A stretch of DNA of 64,000 bases from Polyangiales bacterium (GCA_038230375.1 JBBRNJ010000017.1:32001-96000); one strand, 5' to 3'; counted from the first letter of the stretch, positions 48,914 to 59,293 are shown. The notes: a model not told the origin generated them from the sequence alone. Numbers and translations are program-made.

Positions 48914-49978
48914 CTATTTCTTGTTCTTCTTCTTCAGCACGTCGATCCGCTTCTTCGCTTCGGCGGCGAGCGGCCCTTGCGGCGCGAGCTTGATGTACGC
49001 CTCGAACTCGGCGATCGCTTCCGGGAGCTTGCCGCTCTCCGCGAGGCGACCCGCAAGATAGAAGTGCGGTGGCGGCACGCTGGCGTCGAGCTTCACCGCG
49101 GACTCCAGGTCCGCGCGCGCGCCGTCCTTGTCCTTGTTCCCGAGCTTGCAGAGCGCGCGGTAGGTGCGGATCTCCGCGTTGTCCTTCTTCGCGATCGCGC
49201 GGTCCAGCGTGCCGACGCAGTCACCGAACGCGCCAACGTTCTTCTGCTCGAAGCCGATCGATGCGAGCGTGGCCGCGTCGTCCGGGGCGGCCTTGGACGC
49301 GGCGCGCAGCTTCTCTGCTGCGGCGTCAACCTCCTTCCACTTCTCCAGGTACGTGGCGTACGTGAAGAGGATCATCGCGTCGTTGCCCTTCGAGGCTTCC
49401 TCGAACTCCTTCTTCGCGCCCGCGGTGTCGTTGGTTCCCGCAAGAGCCATGGCCAGGTTTGCATGCAGCTCGGGGCGCTTGGATTTGACCAGCGCCGTGC
49501 GGCACGTGGCTGCGGCGTCCGCCCATTTCTGCTGATCCAGGTACAGCGCGGAGAGGTTTGCGGAGGCCTCGTCGAGCTCCGGCATGATCCGGAGCGCTTC
49601 CTTCAGCTCGCGCTCGGCGCCCTTGTCGTCCTTCAGCTGGTTCAAGGTGACGCCCAGGTAGTAGTGCGCCTGCGGGTCCTCCTTGTTCTTGGCGACCGCG
49701 GACTCGAACGCGGCGCGCGCGCCCGGGAGATCGCCGGACTCCAGCGCGGCCATGCCCTTCTTCACGTCCGCGTTGGACGGCGCAGCGGCTTGCGGCTTTG
49801 CGGGCGCCGTGGCGGATGCGCTCGCGGACGAGGTGGGGACGTCGTTGCCGTCGTTCGGGTGGGGACGGTCAGCCGGCTTGTCCGGGCCGCAGGCAACGAG
49901 CGCGAGCGGGAGCGCCCCGAGCGTCCCGAGCAGAGAGGCGAGAGCGAGCGTGCGAAGGCGTGGCGTTTGGGTCTTCAT
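48914..49978 (-). CDS. TPR-repeat lipoprotein
   Basis: LVAC lipobox, multiple TPRs (AHYYLGV, LHANLAMA, PHFYLAG). Confidence 0.85.
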   Translation of the reverse strand: MKTQTPRLRTLALASLLGTLGALPLALVACGPDKPADRPHPNDGNDVPTSSASASATAPAKPQAAAPSNADVKKGMAALESGDLPGARAAFESAVAKNKEDPQAHYYLGVTLNQLKDDKGAERELKEALRIMPELDEASANLSALYLDQQKWADAAATCRTALVKSKRPELHANLAMALAGTNDTAGAKKEFEEASKGNDAMILFTYATYLEKWKEVDAAAEKLRAASKAAPDDAATLASIGFEQKNVGAFGDCVGTLDRAIAKKDNAEIRTYRALCKLGNKDKDGARADLESAVKLDASVPPPHFYLAGRLAESGKLPEAIAEFEAYIKLAPQGPLAAEAKKRIDVLKKKNKK

Positions 49979-49979
49979 T

Positions 49980-52751
49980 CTAGGGTTCCTCTGGATTCTG
50001 CTTCTCGGGGCTGACGTTCGGCAAGGACAGCGCGGCAAGCACGCGCTCTCGGATCTCTTTGACGCGCAACGGCGAGCTCACCTTGGTGCCGTCGAGCTCG
50101 TTCACGTAGAACACGTCGGCGACCTTGTTGCCCTCCGTGTTGATCTTGGACAGCGCAATGGTCAGCGCCAGGCTCTGCAGCGTATGCGAGAGCGTGTACA
50201 GCAGGCCAGGTCTGTCCTTCGTGAAGACCTCGACGACGGTGTGCGAACGCGAGGCTCGGTCGTCGATCGTGACCTCCGTGCTGATCGCGGGGCTGGGGCG
50301 CTCGCGCCAGGGCGAACGCGTGCCCACGCGCTCCGCCAGCAGCGCCTCTGGTGTCACGGCGAGCGAGCAGAGGTCGGCGAGGTCCTTTCGGAGGCGCGGC
50401 AGCGCACGGATCACGCCAGTCACGCCATCCGCACGGTCACGCACATGGAAGATGTCGACGGCCTCCTGGCGGCCGTCCGCGAGCGGGCGCGAGTAGACCT
50501 CTGCGGCGTGCACCTCCAGGCGCGAGGCCGTGATGGCGGCGGCGATGCGCGCAAGCAGACCGACGGCGTCGTCCGCCACGATGCAGAGCTCCGTCACCTC
50601 CGGGTGCGTCCCCTCCACGATCGACACGCTCGGCACCTGACCCGTGCGCGCAAGGGCGACCTTCGCGTGCTGCACGAGCGAACCGGTCCGGGTGCCCAGG
50701 AGGTAGCGCTCCGGCATGCCCGAGAGGAACGAGGAGATGGCGCCCTGCGGCCCGCGAAACGCACGCAGCGCGTCGCCAAGGGCCCGCTGCACGCGCGCGT
50801 CGTTCTCCTCGCGCGGGAGACCCGCCAGGTACACGTCAGACGCGAAGTAGAGCTCGTCCAGCATCTTCAGCTTCCACGAGCTCATGGCAGTCGGCGACGT
50901 GGTCGTGAGATCCACGAGCGTGAGCAGGTAGAGATCGCGCAGGCCCTCACGGCCAGACACGTGGGTGACGAACTCCGCGCAGACGCGCGGCTCGTCCAGA
51001 TCGCGACGCGTGGCCACGTGGTACATCGCCAGGTGCTCGAGCACGAGCGAGCGCGCCTGCGCGACGTCCTCGGCTGCCAGACCCAGGCGCGGCAAGATCA
51101 CGTCGCACAGCTCCGCGCCCACCTTCGAGTGGTTCTTGCGCGAGCCATCCTCGTCCGGGTAGCCCTTGCCCACGTCGTGAAGCAACGTGGCCAGGAAGAG
51201 TGATCGCGGCCGCGCGACCTCCGCGGCGAGCCGCGTCGCGAGAGGACGCTCCTGCGCGAGCTCACCGCGTGACAGCGCGCGCAGGTAGTCGAGCGCCGCG
51301 ATGCTGTGAACGTCCACGGTGTACACGTGATAAATGTCGTGGTGAACACGGCCCGTAACCGGTGAGAACTCCGGGATCATCGCGAGCAGGAGGCCCACGT
51401 CATGGAGCTCGCTCAGGATGGAGCCGCCGCGCACGCGCATGTCCTTCACGGTGCAGCAGAGATCCACGAAGATCTCCGCGGCCTCGGCGCTCTCGCGAAT
51501 GGCGGTACCAAACACGGGGTCGCTCGCGGCGCGGCGGATCGCCTCGCGCGAGAACGGCAGCGGCGGGATGTCGTGGCGTTTGCATGCAGCATACATGCGA
51601 AGCGCGAGCGCCGGATCGTGCCCCAGATCCTCTGCCGCGATGGTGGCCTGACCGTCGAACGAGCGGACCCCCTGCCCCAGGTCCACCTCGATGGGCTTAC
51701 CGCGCCGACGCGGCGGTACGGCGCGCATGAGCATCTGATCGCGCGCGCGGAGGATCGTGCGGGCATGACGGTAGTAGTCCTGCATGAAGCGCTCGGCCGC
51801 CAGACCCGCAGACTCCTCGTCGCCGTAGGCGAGCTCCACGCCGATGGACTCCTGCGCGTCGAACGTGAGCCGGTCGGCACGACGTCCCGCGGTCTTGTGC
51901 AGGCGGTTGCGGACGCGCCAGAGGAAGTCTTCAGCGCGCTTGATCTCGAGCGCCTCGCGCGGGAGGAGCGCGCCCACGCGAACGAGCTTGTCCCAGACGG
52001 AGTGGTCGACCGGGTCGCCTTCCTCGCTCACCTGGAAGCGGGCGGATGCAGCCCACCGAGCGACATCCAGATCGCGCAGACCGCCCGCGCCGTTCTTCAC
52101 GTCGGGCTCGAGGAGGTAGACGGAGCCGCCGAAGCGAGCGTGCCGTTTCTCGCCCTCCTCCTCGAGGCGCTCGGCGAAGCGCGCGATCTTGCCCTCGCTG
52201 AAGATCCCGTCGCGCGCGCGCAGCGAGAGCTCCGCGGGAAGGTCCGCGTCGCCCATGAGCCGGCGCAGATCGAGCAGGCTCGTCGCGGTGGCGAGGTCCG
52301 TCTCCGCGAGCACGAGCTGATCGTCCACCGTCACGACCTGATGGCCCACGGTCAGCCCTGCGTCCCACATCGGATAGAGGAGCGCCTCTGCGAAAGACTG
52401 CGCGGCCTCCGTCCTGCCGCGGTTCACGATGAGTCGTACGTCTGCGTCGCTGCCAAGGGCGATGGCGCCGCGCCCATAGCTGCCAACGGCCGTGAGCGAG
52501 ACCGGGCCGAATGGCTGATGCTCCGTCGCCGCCGCAGCTGCGTAGAGCGCCATGATCACGCCGTCGATCACCTTGGCGTGCGCGCGACCGAGCGCGAGGC
52601 CGCTGGGGCCGGGCGTGTCGAGGCGCTCCGTGGGACCGAGCCTTTGGGAGAGCTCGCTGCGATGCCGCGTGACGTAGTCGCGCATCTCCGCGCCGAGCGG
52701 GGCCGAGAGACGGACGAGGCGATCCTCCGGGCCAGACAGTAGGCGACTCAC
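49980..52751 (-). CDS. glnD: [Protein-PII] uridylyltransferase/uridylyl-removing enzyme
   Basis: AVGSYGRG..SDAD, LEPDVKNGAGGLRD, YHVYTVDVH, LLHDVGKG; two C-terminal ACT domains (DRPGLL). Confidence 0.95.
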   Translation of the reverse strand: MSRLLSGPEDRLVRLSAPLGAEMRDYVTRHRSELSQRLGPTERLDTPGPSGLALGRAHAKVIDGVIMALYAAAAATEHQPFGPVSLTAVGSYGRGAIALGSDADVRLIVNRGRTEAAQSFAEALLYPMWDAGLTVGHQVVTVDDQLVLAETDLATATSLLDLRRLMGDADLPAELSLRARDGIFSEGKIARFAERLEEEGEKRHARFGGSVYLLEPDVKNGAGGLRDLDVARWAASARFQVSEEGDPVDHSVWDKLVRVGALLPREALEIKRAEDFLWRVRNRLHKTAGRRADRLTFDAQESIGVELAYGDEESAGLAAERFMQDYYRHARTILRARDQMLMRAVPPRRRGKPIEVDLGQGVRSFDGQATIAAEDLGHDPALALRMYAACKRHDIPPLPFSREAIRRAASDPVFGTAIRESAEAAEIFVDLCCTVKDMRVRGGSILSELHDVGLLLAMIPEFSPVTGRVHHDIYHVYTVDVHSIAALDYLRALSRGELAQERPLATRLAAEVARPRSLFLATLLHDVGKGYPDEDGSRKNHSKVGAELCDVILPRLGLAAEDVAQARSLVLEHLAMYHVATRRDLDEPRVCAEFVTHVSGREGLRDLYLLTLVDLTTTSPTAMSSWKLKMLDELYFASDVYLAGLPREENDARVQRALGDALRAFRGPQGAISSFLSGMPERYLLGTRTGSLVQHAKVALARTGQVPSVSIVEGTHPEVTELCIVADDAVGLLARIAAAITASRLEVHAAEVYSRPLADGRQEAVDIFHVRDRADGVTGVIRALPRLRKDLADLCSLAVTPEALLAERVGTRSPWRERPSPAISTEVTIDDRASRSHTVVEVFTKDRPGLLYTLSHTLQSLALTIALSKINTEGNKVADVFYVNELDGTKVSSPLRVKEIRERVLAALSLPNVSPEKQNPEEP

Positions 52752-52890
52752 CCGGCGAAACTTACCCCAGGCGGGGGAGCGACGCGATTATAGCCTTTGC
52801 AAATGTGCCTCAGTTGACCTACCGTCGCCTGCGTTCTGGGGCAAGGCCAGTCGCGGCGCCCTTCACTTACCCTCGTAGGAGGCATTTCGG

Positions 52891-53598
52891 ATGTCGAAGA
52901 AGCTGGTTTTCCCCCTGATCGCGGTGCTCTCCCTGGGCCTCGCAGCGTCTTTCAACGGCTGCACCTGCGGCGCAGAAGCCAAGGTCGGCGACCAGGCGAA
53001 GACGCCGCCCCCGCCGCCCCCGCCGCCGCCCCCGGCGTCCACCACGCCGCCGCCCCCGCCGCCGCCGCCTCCGCCGCCCCCGGCGAAGCCGAAGGTCGCG
53101 ATGACCGGCAGGGCCACGATGGTCGGCAACCAGATCAAGATCCCGGGCGAGGTCGAGTTCGACTCGGGCAAGTCCAAGATCAAGGAGACGCCCGCGACGC
53201 TCGAGATCCTGAAGACTCTTGCGGAAGTGATGACGACGAACAAGAACGTCACCAAGCTCCGCGTCGAAGGTCACACGGACAACGTCGGCAAGGACGCGGA
53301 CAACGCCAAGCTGTCGCAGGAGCGCGCTGACTCTGTCGCCGCGTGGCTCGCCGCGCACGGCGTCGAGAAGGCCCGCCTGCACACGGTCGGCTTCGGCTCG
53401 ACCAAGCCGATCGCGGACAACGGCACGGCGGAGGGCAAGCAGCTCAACCGCCGCGTGATGTACCACGTCGAAGAGCTCGAGGGGAAGCCGGCGCCGGAAG
53501 AGGCCACGTCCACCCCGGCCCCGATGACCACTGCGGTTCCCAGCGCAGCGCCCTCAACGAAGCCCGCGCCGTCGGCCTCGGCCCCGAAGAAGCCCTAG
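52891..53598 (+). CDS. OmpA-family peptidoglycan-binding lipoprotein with polyproline linker
   Basis: FNGC lipobox; VEGHTD, LSQERA, NRRV motifs; Pro runs of 10 and 12. Confidence 0.92.
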   Translation: MSKKLVFPLIAVLSLGLAASFNGCTCGAEAKVGDQAKTPPPPPPPPPPASTTPPPPPPPPPPPPAKPKVAMTGRATMVGNQIKIPGEVEFDSGKSKIKETPATLEILKTLAEVMTTNKNVTKLRVEGHTDNVGKDADNAKLSQERADSVAAWLAAHGVEKARLHTVGFGSTKPIADNGTAEGKQLNRRVMYHVEELEGKPAPEEATSTPAPMTTAVPSAAPSTKPAPSASAPKKP

Positions 53599-53620
53599 CG
53601 ACTCATCGCAGAAGAGGAAG

Positions 53621-53692
53621 AAGCCGCGCCCCCAAAAAGGGACGCGGCTTTTTTCATTCACCAAACGAGCCCTTCAACGCAAGCGTTGAAGG
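53621..53692. terminator. Two hairpins between convergent genes (likely one terminator per strand)
   Basis: aagccgcg...cgcggctt plus T tract (53621-53654); ccttcaacgc-aa-gcgttgaagg (53671-53692). Confidence 0.7.
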
Positions 53693-53695
53693 CGT

Positions 53696-54484
53696 TCAAC
53701 CTCCGAAGGCTTTGCAGCTCAGCGCGCTGGGCGCAAAGGAGAGGCCGCTGTCGCACTTCATCGTGTTGTTCGGATCGCAGAACGGCGCGGCGTCGGTGCA
53801 TTGGTTGCTCGCGGTGCACGGTGTGCCGGAGCCCTTCTTCGCGGTGCACACCCCGAGGCAGTAGAGGTCCGAGGTGCAGAGCTTCTCGGCGTTGCACGGT
53901 TCGTTCAGCTTGGGACGCGCGGTGCAGATGTTGGGCGTGCCCGCAGCGCAATAGCTCGACGTGTCGCAGACGTCGCCAGGGTTGCCGCAGGGATCGCTCA
54001 ACGCCTTGTCGACCTTGGTCGCGCAGAACTTCTTGTCGCAGATGAATGAGCCGGTGCAGTCGGCGTCCACGGTGCACGCCTGGTTCTTGTCTGCCGTGCC
54101 CAGGAACACCTTGTTGCAGACGGCCTGCGCGGCCTTGAAGTCCGCCGGGGCGATCGTGCGGAGCGCGTAGATCTTGTTCACCTGGTCGATGCAGGCCTGC
54201 GCGCCACCAGAGGTGTACTTGCGCGTGGTGCCCGTGACGCTGAAGATGTCCGTCTCGGCAGCGGCGCTGCCACCAGCGAGCGCATTGCAGTGCGCCGTGC
54301 GAGCCGTCTTGCACGCGTCGACGGTGTTGCCGCAGACCATGGCGATGTTGTTGCACTCCGCAGCCGCGACCGCGGTGCAGAAGGAGCTGGCGTCCGGGAA
54401 CGGAGGCGCAGCGGAGTCAGACGAACACGCGACCACCGCAACGGCAGCCACGAAAGCAGATCCAAGAAGCCAACCAATTCGCAT
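53696..54484 (-). CDS. Cys-rich lipoprotein
   Basis: VVAC lipobox; repeated C-x3-4-C-x5-C modules typical of myxobacterial surface proteins. Confidence 0.8.
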   Translation of the reverse strand: MRIGWLLGSAFVAAVAVVACSSDSAAPPFPDASSFCTAVAAAECNNIAMVCGNTVDACKTARTAHCNALAGGSAAAETDIFSVTGTTRKYTSGGAQACIDQVNKIYALRTIAPADFKAAQAVCNKVFLGTADKNQACTVDADCTGSFICDKKFCATKVDKALSDPCGNPGDVCDTSSYCAAGTPNICTARPKLNEPCNAEKLCTSDLYCLGVCTAKKGSGTPCTASNQCTDAAPFCDPNNTMKCDSGLSFAPSALSCKAFGG

Positions 54485-54600
54485 TCTCGCCTCCGAAGAA
54501 AAAAGGGAACTCACAGCAGTGTAGACGACCTTTGGACGAATTGCGGCAATGAACCATGCAGTCGACCCAAGGGCTGGGCTGCGCGGGCGTCGAAGAAAGC

Positions 54601-54927
54601 ATGAATACTCCGTCAGCCCGTCGCCGCATTCTCCCCTCCGCCCTGGCCGTCGTTGTTGCCTCCGCGCTGCTGAGCCTTCCTGCCACGGCCTTCGCCCAGG
54701 GCGCAAAGCCAGCCGCCGCGGCCACGACCACGACTACCGGCGACTACTCCGAGAACCGCACGGACGGGAGCGCTGTGGTCGTCTTCAAGGAAGACGCCGT
54801 TGGTGCGGGTGGTTCTGCAGCATTTGGTGGCACCATTCTCCGTCCGCCGGGAGCCACGCGCGTCGGCCTCCTGCGCCCGCGCTTCAATTTCGTGAGCGAG
54901 ATGCTGAAGAGCGTGGAGACCCTGTAG
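54601..54927 (+). CDS. CglF/GltF-like small secreted gliding-motility protein
   Basis: AFA-Q signal peptide; VFKEDAV...LLRPRFNFVSEMLKSVETL C-terminus resembles GltF/CglF. Confidence 0.7.
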   Translation: MNTPSARRRILPSALAVVVASALLSLPATAFAQGAKPAAAATTTTTGDYSENRTDGSAVVVFKEDAVGAGGSAAFGGTILRPPGATRVGLLRPRFNFVSEMLKSVETL

Positions 54928-55062
54928 GTCCCCGCAGACGCGAATCGCCGCCACGGCGATCGGTCGCCAGGCGGGTGCTGAAGAACGCTGGACAGAGGCG
55001 CGCCCTCCTGTGCTAGAGACCCTCTCCGTTTCGGCCCTGGGCATCACGCCCGGGGACACCTC

Positions 55063-55146
55063 GCGAAGGTGGCGGAATTGGCAGACGCACTGGATTCAGG
55101 TTCCAGCGGGGTAACTCCTGTACGGGTTCAACTCCCGTCCTTCGCA
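55063..55146 (+). tRNA. tRNA-Leu(CAG); CCA not encoded
   Basis: Acceptor GCGAAGG/CCTTCGC plus discriminator A; D-loop AATTGGCAGA; anticodon arm CTGGA-TTCAGGT-TCCAG; long variable arm; GGTTCAACTCC T-arm. Confidence 0.96.
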
Positions 55147-55192
55147 CTCAGCATCATCGACACTGGCCGGCGCGCACAGTCCGAGCCCCGCG

Positions 55193-56389
55193 TCAGGGCT
55201 TCGCGACGCGGACGATCGTTCCGTTGTTCACGGCGTTGGTGAAGTAGACGGCGGTGGAGTCCAGGGCGATCGCCGCGGGCGCGCCGCCTTCCGCCAGAAC
55301 CATGGGCCCCGTCTTCGGGCAGCCGCCGAGCGGGCACGCAAGGACGCGGCCGCGCGCGAAGTCGGTCCAGTAGACATTCGTCTCGTCGGCGGCGATCCCT
55401 CTCGGCACGCCTTCGTCGGGCGCGATGGTGGTGACGGATAGCTGGCAGTTGCTTCGTGCACAGTGGAGGATGCGACCCGCGCCGCCATCGGTGTCGACCC
55501 AGAACACATCCTTCGAGGTGATCGCGAGATTGAGCTGCGTGCCTGCGTTGGCCGCCAGCTGCGTTGCTCCAGGACCGCTGCACCCTGCAGGAGGACACGA
55601 CCAGACCGCGCCACCCACGTTTGGCGACGAGCTGAAGACGATGCCGGCATCGTCTGCCTTCACGTCAAGGAAGTACGTCCCGGCGTTGCCATCGAGCGCG
55701 GAGATGATCGCGTTGCAGACCGGGTTGGGTGGGGTCGTGCACGCGTAGAGGCCGCTCGTGTTGCCGGAGCCAGCGTAGCCCACGTACACGTAGCCGTTGC
55801 GTGTGAAGAGGGCCATGGCTGGCTGCAGGAACTGCTCGGTCCCGCCGCCGGCTGCGGCGTCGATCCCCTGGTACTGCACGCGCTGGTTGTAGAGCGAGTA
55901 GTAGACGTACGTAGAGTCCACGGCGAGTCGATCGACGTCGTTCGAGGTGCTGATGAGCGTGCTCGCGTTGCCGCCGTCCTTCGGAGCGAACTGCACGGCG
56001 CCCGCCGACTCGGTCCAGAACACGAGTGTACCTGAGAGCGCGAGCGCAACGGGAGTGCCCGCGGAGACGGCGAGTGGTACGGCCTGGCACACGCCAGTCA
56101 CGCAACCACCGCCGACGCAGTCGTGCCCACACCTGCCGCAGTTGACGGGATCCGACGCGAGGTCCGCCGCGTCGCATGGTGATGCGTCACCTCTCGCATC
56201 CTTGGAGGCATCGAGCGATGCGTCGAGGGCGACCACAGCGTCTACAGTCCCGTCGCTGCCCGCGTCGCCAGCGTCCACGTTGGACTCGAGGAGCTCGTGA
56301 TCGGGGATGCCGATGACGAGCCCACAGCCCCCGAGCATCACTGCCGAGAGCACCGCGACCGCAAGCACTCGCCGGGACCGAACCGACAC
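55193..56389 (-). CDS. Lipoprotein with Cys-rich module and beta-propeller repeats
   Basis: LGGC lipobox; NCGRCGHDC; repeated (L/I)A(V/A/L)D...VY(W/Y/F) blades. Confidence 0.8.
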   Translation of the reverse strand: MSVRSRRVLAVAVLSAVMLGGCGLVIGIPDHELLESNVDAGDAGSDGTVDAVVALDASLDASKDARGDASPCDAADLASDPVNCGRCGHDCVGGGCVTGVCQAVPLAVSAGTPVALALSGTLVFWTESAGAVQFAPKDGGNASTLISTSNDVDRLAVDSTYVYYSLYNQRVQYQGIDAAAGGGTEQFLQPAMALFTRNGYVYVGYAGSGNTSGLYACTTPPNPVCNAIISALDGNAGTYFLDVKADDAGIVFSSSPNVGGAVWSCPPAGCSGPGATQLAANAGTQLNLAITSKDVFWVDTDGGAGRILHCARSNCQLSVTTIAPDEGVPRGIAADETNVYWTDFARGRVLACPLGGCPKTGPMVLAEGGAPAAIALDSTAVYFTNAVNNGTIVRVAKP

Positions 56390-56438
56390 GATCGGAAGGT
56401 ATCACACTGGTTTCGTCGACGCAGCGGTGGGCCGATTC

Positions 56439-56921
56439 TCAGCCGCCCCCCGTATCTGCATCCGCGCTCGCGTCCGTGCCGGTCTCGGGGACCGCGCCCG
56501 CGTCCCACGACGTTGTGGGCACACATTCCCCGCTCACGCACACACCATCGGATTCCGCCAACAGGCACGCAAGGCCATCCGCGACGTTGGCCCTTTCCAC
56601 CACGCCTCTTCCCGCGCCGACAGCGCACGAGAGAATCGCGCAGGGCAAACTCTGTCGGGGCGCGTCCGTCGGCTCGTACGACGACTGCGCTTGCCCACCG
56701 ACACATCGAGTGAGGGTGCAGTCGCCTGGCGTGTCGATGTCCACGTGGGCATCGCCCGCGCACGGGTCGGTGGCGCTGCCGAGCCCAAGCTTGAGCGCGG
56801 GGTCGGAGAAGATGCCGTCGCCAAGGTCGCACCCGGCAGGTACCGCGGTCACCAGCCCAAGGGCGAGCACAATTCCACGCGGGGAACGCGAACGGAGCCG
56901 GAAGGGCCAAGGGAAGTTCAT
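56439..56921 (-). CDS. Small Cys-rich lipoprotein
   Basis: PAGC lipobox; PGDC...C and GVCVSGEC modules. Confidence 0.6.
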   Translation of the reverse strand: MNFPWPFRLRSRSPRGIVLALGLVTAVPAGCDLGDGIFSDPALKLGLGSATDPCAGDAHVDIDTPGDCTLTRCVGGQAQSSYEPTDAPRQSLPCAILSCAVGAGRGVVERANVADGLACLLAESDGVCVSGECVPTTSWDAGAVPETGTDASADADTGGG

Positions 56922-57139
56922 GTTCGGCGCAACGCACTACACGTGCCACGGTCGCGTTCCACACGAGCCCGGCAAATTTGGCTCGATCCGATGTTGCGAA
57001 CAGACGAGCCCATGACAGCCGTGGCAGGAACGAGCGGCCGCTCGAAACAATTTGCCATATGCAGGCAAAATTATCGGCGCCGCCTACGTGGCCCAGGCCC
57101 AACGTCGCAAGGCATCGAGGGCTCGCTGTGCCGTCTCCG

Positions 57140-57496
57140 TCAGCCCGCGGGCGCGTCGGCACCACCGTCGTCGAGCGGCATTGCATCGGCGGGCTTGCTC
57201 GCATCGGTCGAGGGGCCCTGGTATGTCCCGACCTTGACGAGCTTGCCCGCCTGGCAACCATAGGTCGGCAGCGTGCCGCCTTGGCTGCAGTCACCTTCGG
57301 CGGTGCAGGACTCGCCATCCATGCACACGTCTCCGGCCGAAGGAAACCCGCCCGAGCACCCACTAATGTCAGAGCGCGTGGAACCATCCACGTGGTCCGG
57401 CGGTGTGGGCTGCAAACCCGTGACGCAGTCTACGAACGCGGCGAGCAGCGACGCAGTGAGCAGGACTGAAACCAGGAGCTGCCTCATCACCACCAC
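57140..57496 (-). CDS. Small Cys-rich secreted protein
   Basis: Hydrophobic signal, PSAGDVC...C...C...C module, DASKPAD tail. Confidence 0.55.
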   Translation of the reverse strand: MVVMRQLLVSVLLTASLLAAFVDCVTGLQPTPPDHVDGSTRSDISGCSGGFPSAGDVCMDGESCTAEGDCSQGGTLPTYGCQAGKLVKVGTYQGPSTDASKPADAMPLDDGGADAPAG

Positions 57497-57510
57497 GTAT
57501 CATAGGTGCC

Positions 57511-58254
57511 ATGTGCGGCCGCGCCACGTTGACGACGCCCGGTGACGAGCTGCGCGAGCAGCTGGGTCTCGACGTGGTACCGACCATGGTGCCGCGCTTC
57601 AACATTGCTCCGTCGCAGCCCATCGCCGTCATCACGACGCCGCGCATCCTCTCATTCGCTGCGTTCGGATTGTCGTCACTCACCGGCAGGCCGGGCAGGA
57701 CGATCAACCTGCGCGGAGAGTCGCTCCCGAACGTGCCGGCGTACCGCGATGCATTCCAGCGGCATCGATGTCTCGTCGTGGTCGACGGGTTCTTCGAGTG
57801 GCGCGACGTGCCCGCCACGCCAGCGCAGGGTGCCTTGTTCGGGGACGTCGTTCCCGCGCGCGGGAAGAAGGGGAAGCCGAGGAAGCCGCTGAAGCAAGCG
57901 TTCCACATTCGTCGTGCAGACCACGCGCCGTTCACGCTCGCGGGGGTCTGGGCGGTGAAGGCCGACGCCGAGCCCGCGAATGAGTGTGCGATCGTGACGG
58001 GCGCGGCTGCTGGCGTGGTGGCGGGGCTACACGATCGGATGCCTGTGATCGTCGCGCCTGCCGCGCGTGGCGTGTGGCTCTCGGGCGCCGAGATTGAACC
58101 AGGTCGAGACGCGCTTCTGCACCTGCTGTCGCGGCAGACGGTGGCCGCGAGCGCAGCCGACCTCGTCGCCGTGCAGGTTGGAGAGCGGGTCAATAGCGCT
58201 GCCTTCGACGACGAAGAAGTGCTGAGACCGGCTGCCGAGCCGCGCCGAGTCTGA
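57511..58254 (+). CDS. SRAP family abasic-site protein (YedK/HMCES)
   Basis: N-terminal MCGR, RFNIAPSQ, RCLVVVDGFFEW, HDRMPVI. Confidence 0.93.
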   Translation: MCGRATLTTPGDELREQLGLDVVPTMVPRFNIAPSQPIAVITTPRILSFAAFGLSSLTGRPGRTINLRGESLPNVPAYRDAFQRHRCLVVVDGFFEWRDVPATPAQGALFGDVVPARGKKGKPRKPLKQAFHIRRADHAPFTLAGVWAVKADAEPANECAIVTGAAAGVVAGLHDRMPVIVAPAARGVWLSGAEIEPGRDALLHLLSRQTVAASAADLVAVQVGERVNSAAFDDEEVLRPAAEPRRV

Positions 58255-58255
58255 T

Positions 58256-59293
58256 ATGAATGGCCCCATGCGTCTGTCCCGCGCCTGTGCGGCGCTCATC
58301 CTCGCCGGCAGCCTGACCATCGGGTCCACTGCCAGCGCCGCGGACCCCACCCCCGAGGACATCTCCCAGGCACGTTCGCTCGGTGAGCAGGGACAGGTGG
58401 CGCTCGACGCCAAGAAGTTCGCAGAGGCCGAGAGGCTCTTCTCCGCCGCCACCGCGCTCTATCCGGTCGCGCCCACACTCCCGCTCGGCGCCGCGCGCGC
58501 CATGGCGGGACAGGGAAAGCTCATCCAGGCGCGCGAGACGTACAACAAGATCGTGCGCGACAGTGACAAGCTCCAGGGCGGGCCCGCAGCGTTCAAGGCC
58601 GCCGTGGAATCCGCCCGCACCGAGAGCGAGGCGATCGCGCCGAAGATCGGCAGCGTCACGGTCGTCGTCGAAGGCCCGAAGGAGGCGAAGGTCGCGCTCG
58701 ACGACGGCCAGATCCCCGCTGCCGCGTGGGGACTCCCCCGCCCCATCGATCCGGGCACGCACAAGCTCATCGCCACGCTCGCTGGATACAAGTCTGCAGA
58801 GATCACGTTCACGGTGGTGGATGGCGCGAAGGTGGATCAGAAGCTGACGCTGGTGAAGGATGACGCCGGTGCAGCCGTCGTGGTCGGCGGTGCAGGCAGC
58901 GGCGGCAACGGCCAGGTCAGCGGCAGTGGCAGCGGTGACCCGGGCCAGGGCGCATCCGGCTCTTCGGGCTCATCACGCAAGACGGCCGGCTATATCGTCG
59001 GTGGCATCGGAGTCGTCGGCATCGGTATTGGCGCGCTCACGGGGCTCGTTGCGATCTCCGACAAAAACAAGCTCGAGAAGGCCTGCACGAACGGCAAGTG
59101 CCCACCCACGCAGCAGAGCGCCGTGAACAGCTACAACACGATGGGCACGCTCTCCACCGTCGGCTTCGTCGTCGGTGGCCTCGCGCTCGCGGGCGGCATC
59201 GTGCTCATCGTCACGGCGCCGAAGGATCCGAAGGCCGCGTTCGTGTCACCCTACCTCGCGCCGGGTGAGGCCGGGCTGACGGGCCGGTTTTGA
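58256..59293 (+). CDS. Myxobacterial TPR/PEGA-like protein with C-terminal membrane segments
   Basis: Signal peptide, TPR-like helix pair, IDPGTHKL PEGA-like strand, two TM segments, terminal GLTGRF. Confidence 0.8.
   Translation: MNGPMRLSRACAALILAGSLTIGSTASAADPTPEDISQARSLGEQGQVALDAKKFAEAERLFSAATALYPVAPTLPLGAARAMAGQGKLIQARETYNKIVRDSDKLQGGPAAFKAAVESARTESEAIAPKIGSVTVVVEGPKEAKVALDDGQIPAAAWGLPRPIDPGTHKLIATLAGYKSAEITFTVVDGAKVDQKLTLVKDDAGAAVVVGGAGSGGNGQVSGSGSGDPGQGASGSSGSSRKTAGYIVGGIGVVGIGIGALTGLVAISDKNKLEKACTNGKCPPTQQSAVNSYNTMGTLSTVGFVVGGLALAGGIVLIVTAPKDPKAAFVSPYLAPGEAGLTGRF

Noticed and set aside
55063..57496. Genomic island integrated at tRNA-Leu
   Set aside because: No integrase and no downstream duplicate of the tRNA 3' end seen; the 10-bp match gtccttcgca at 28151 is too short to be meaningful
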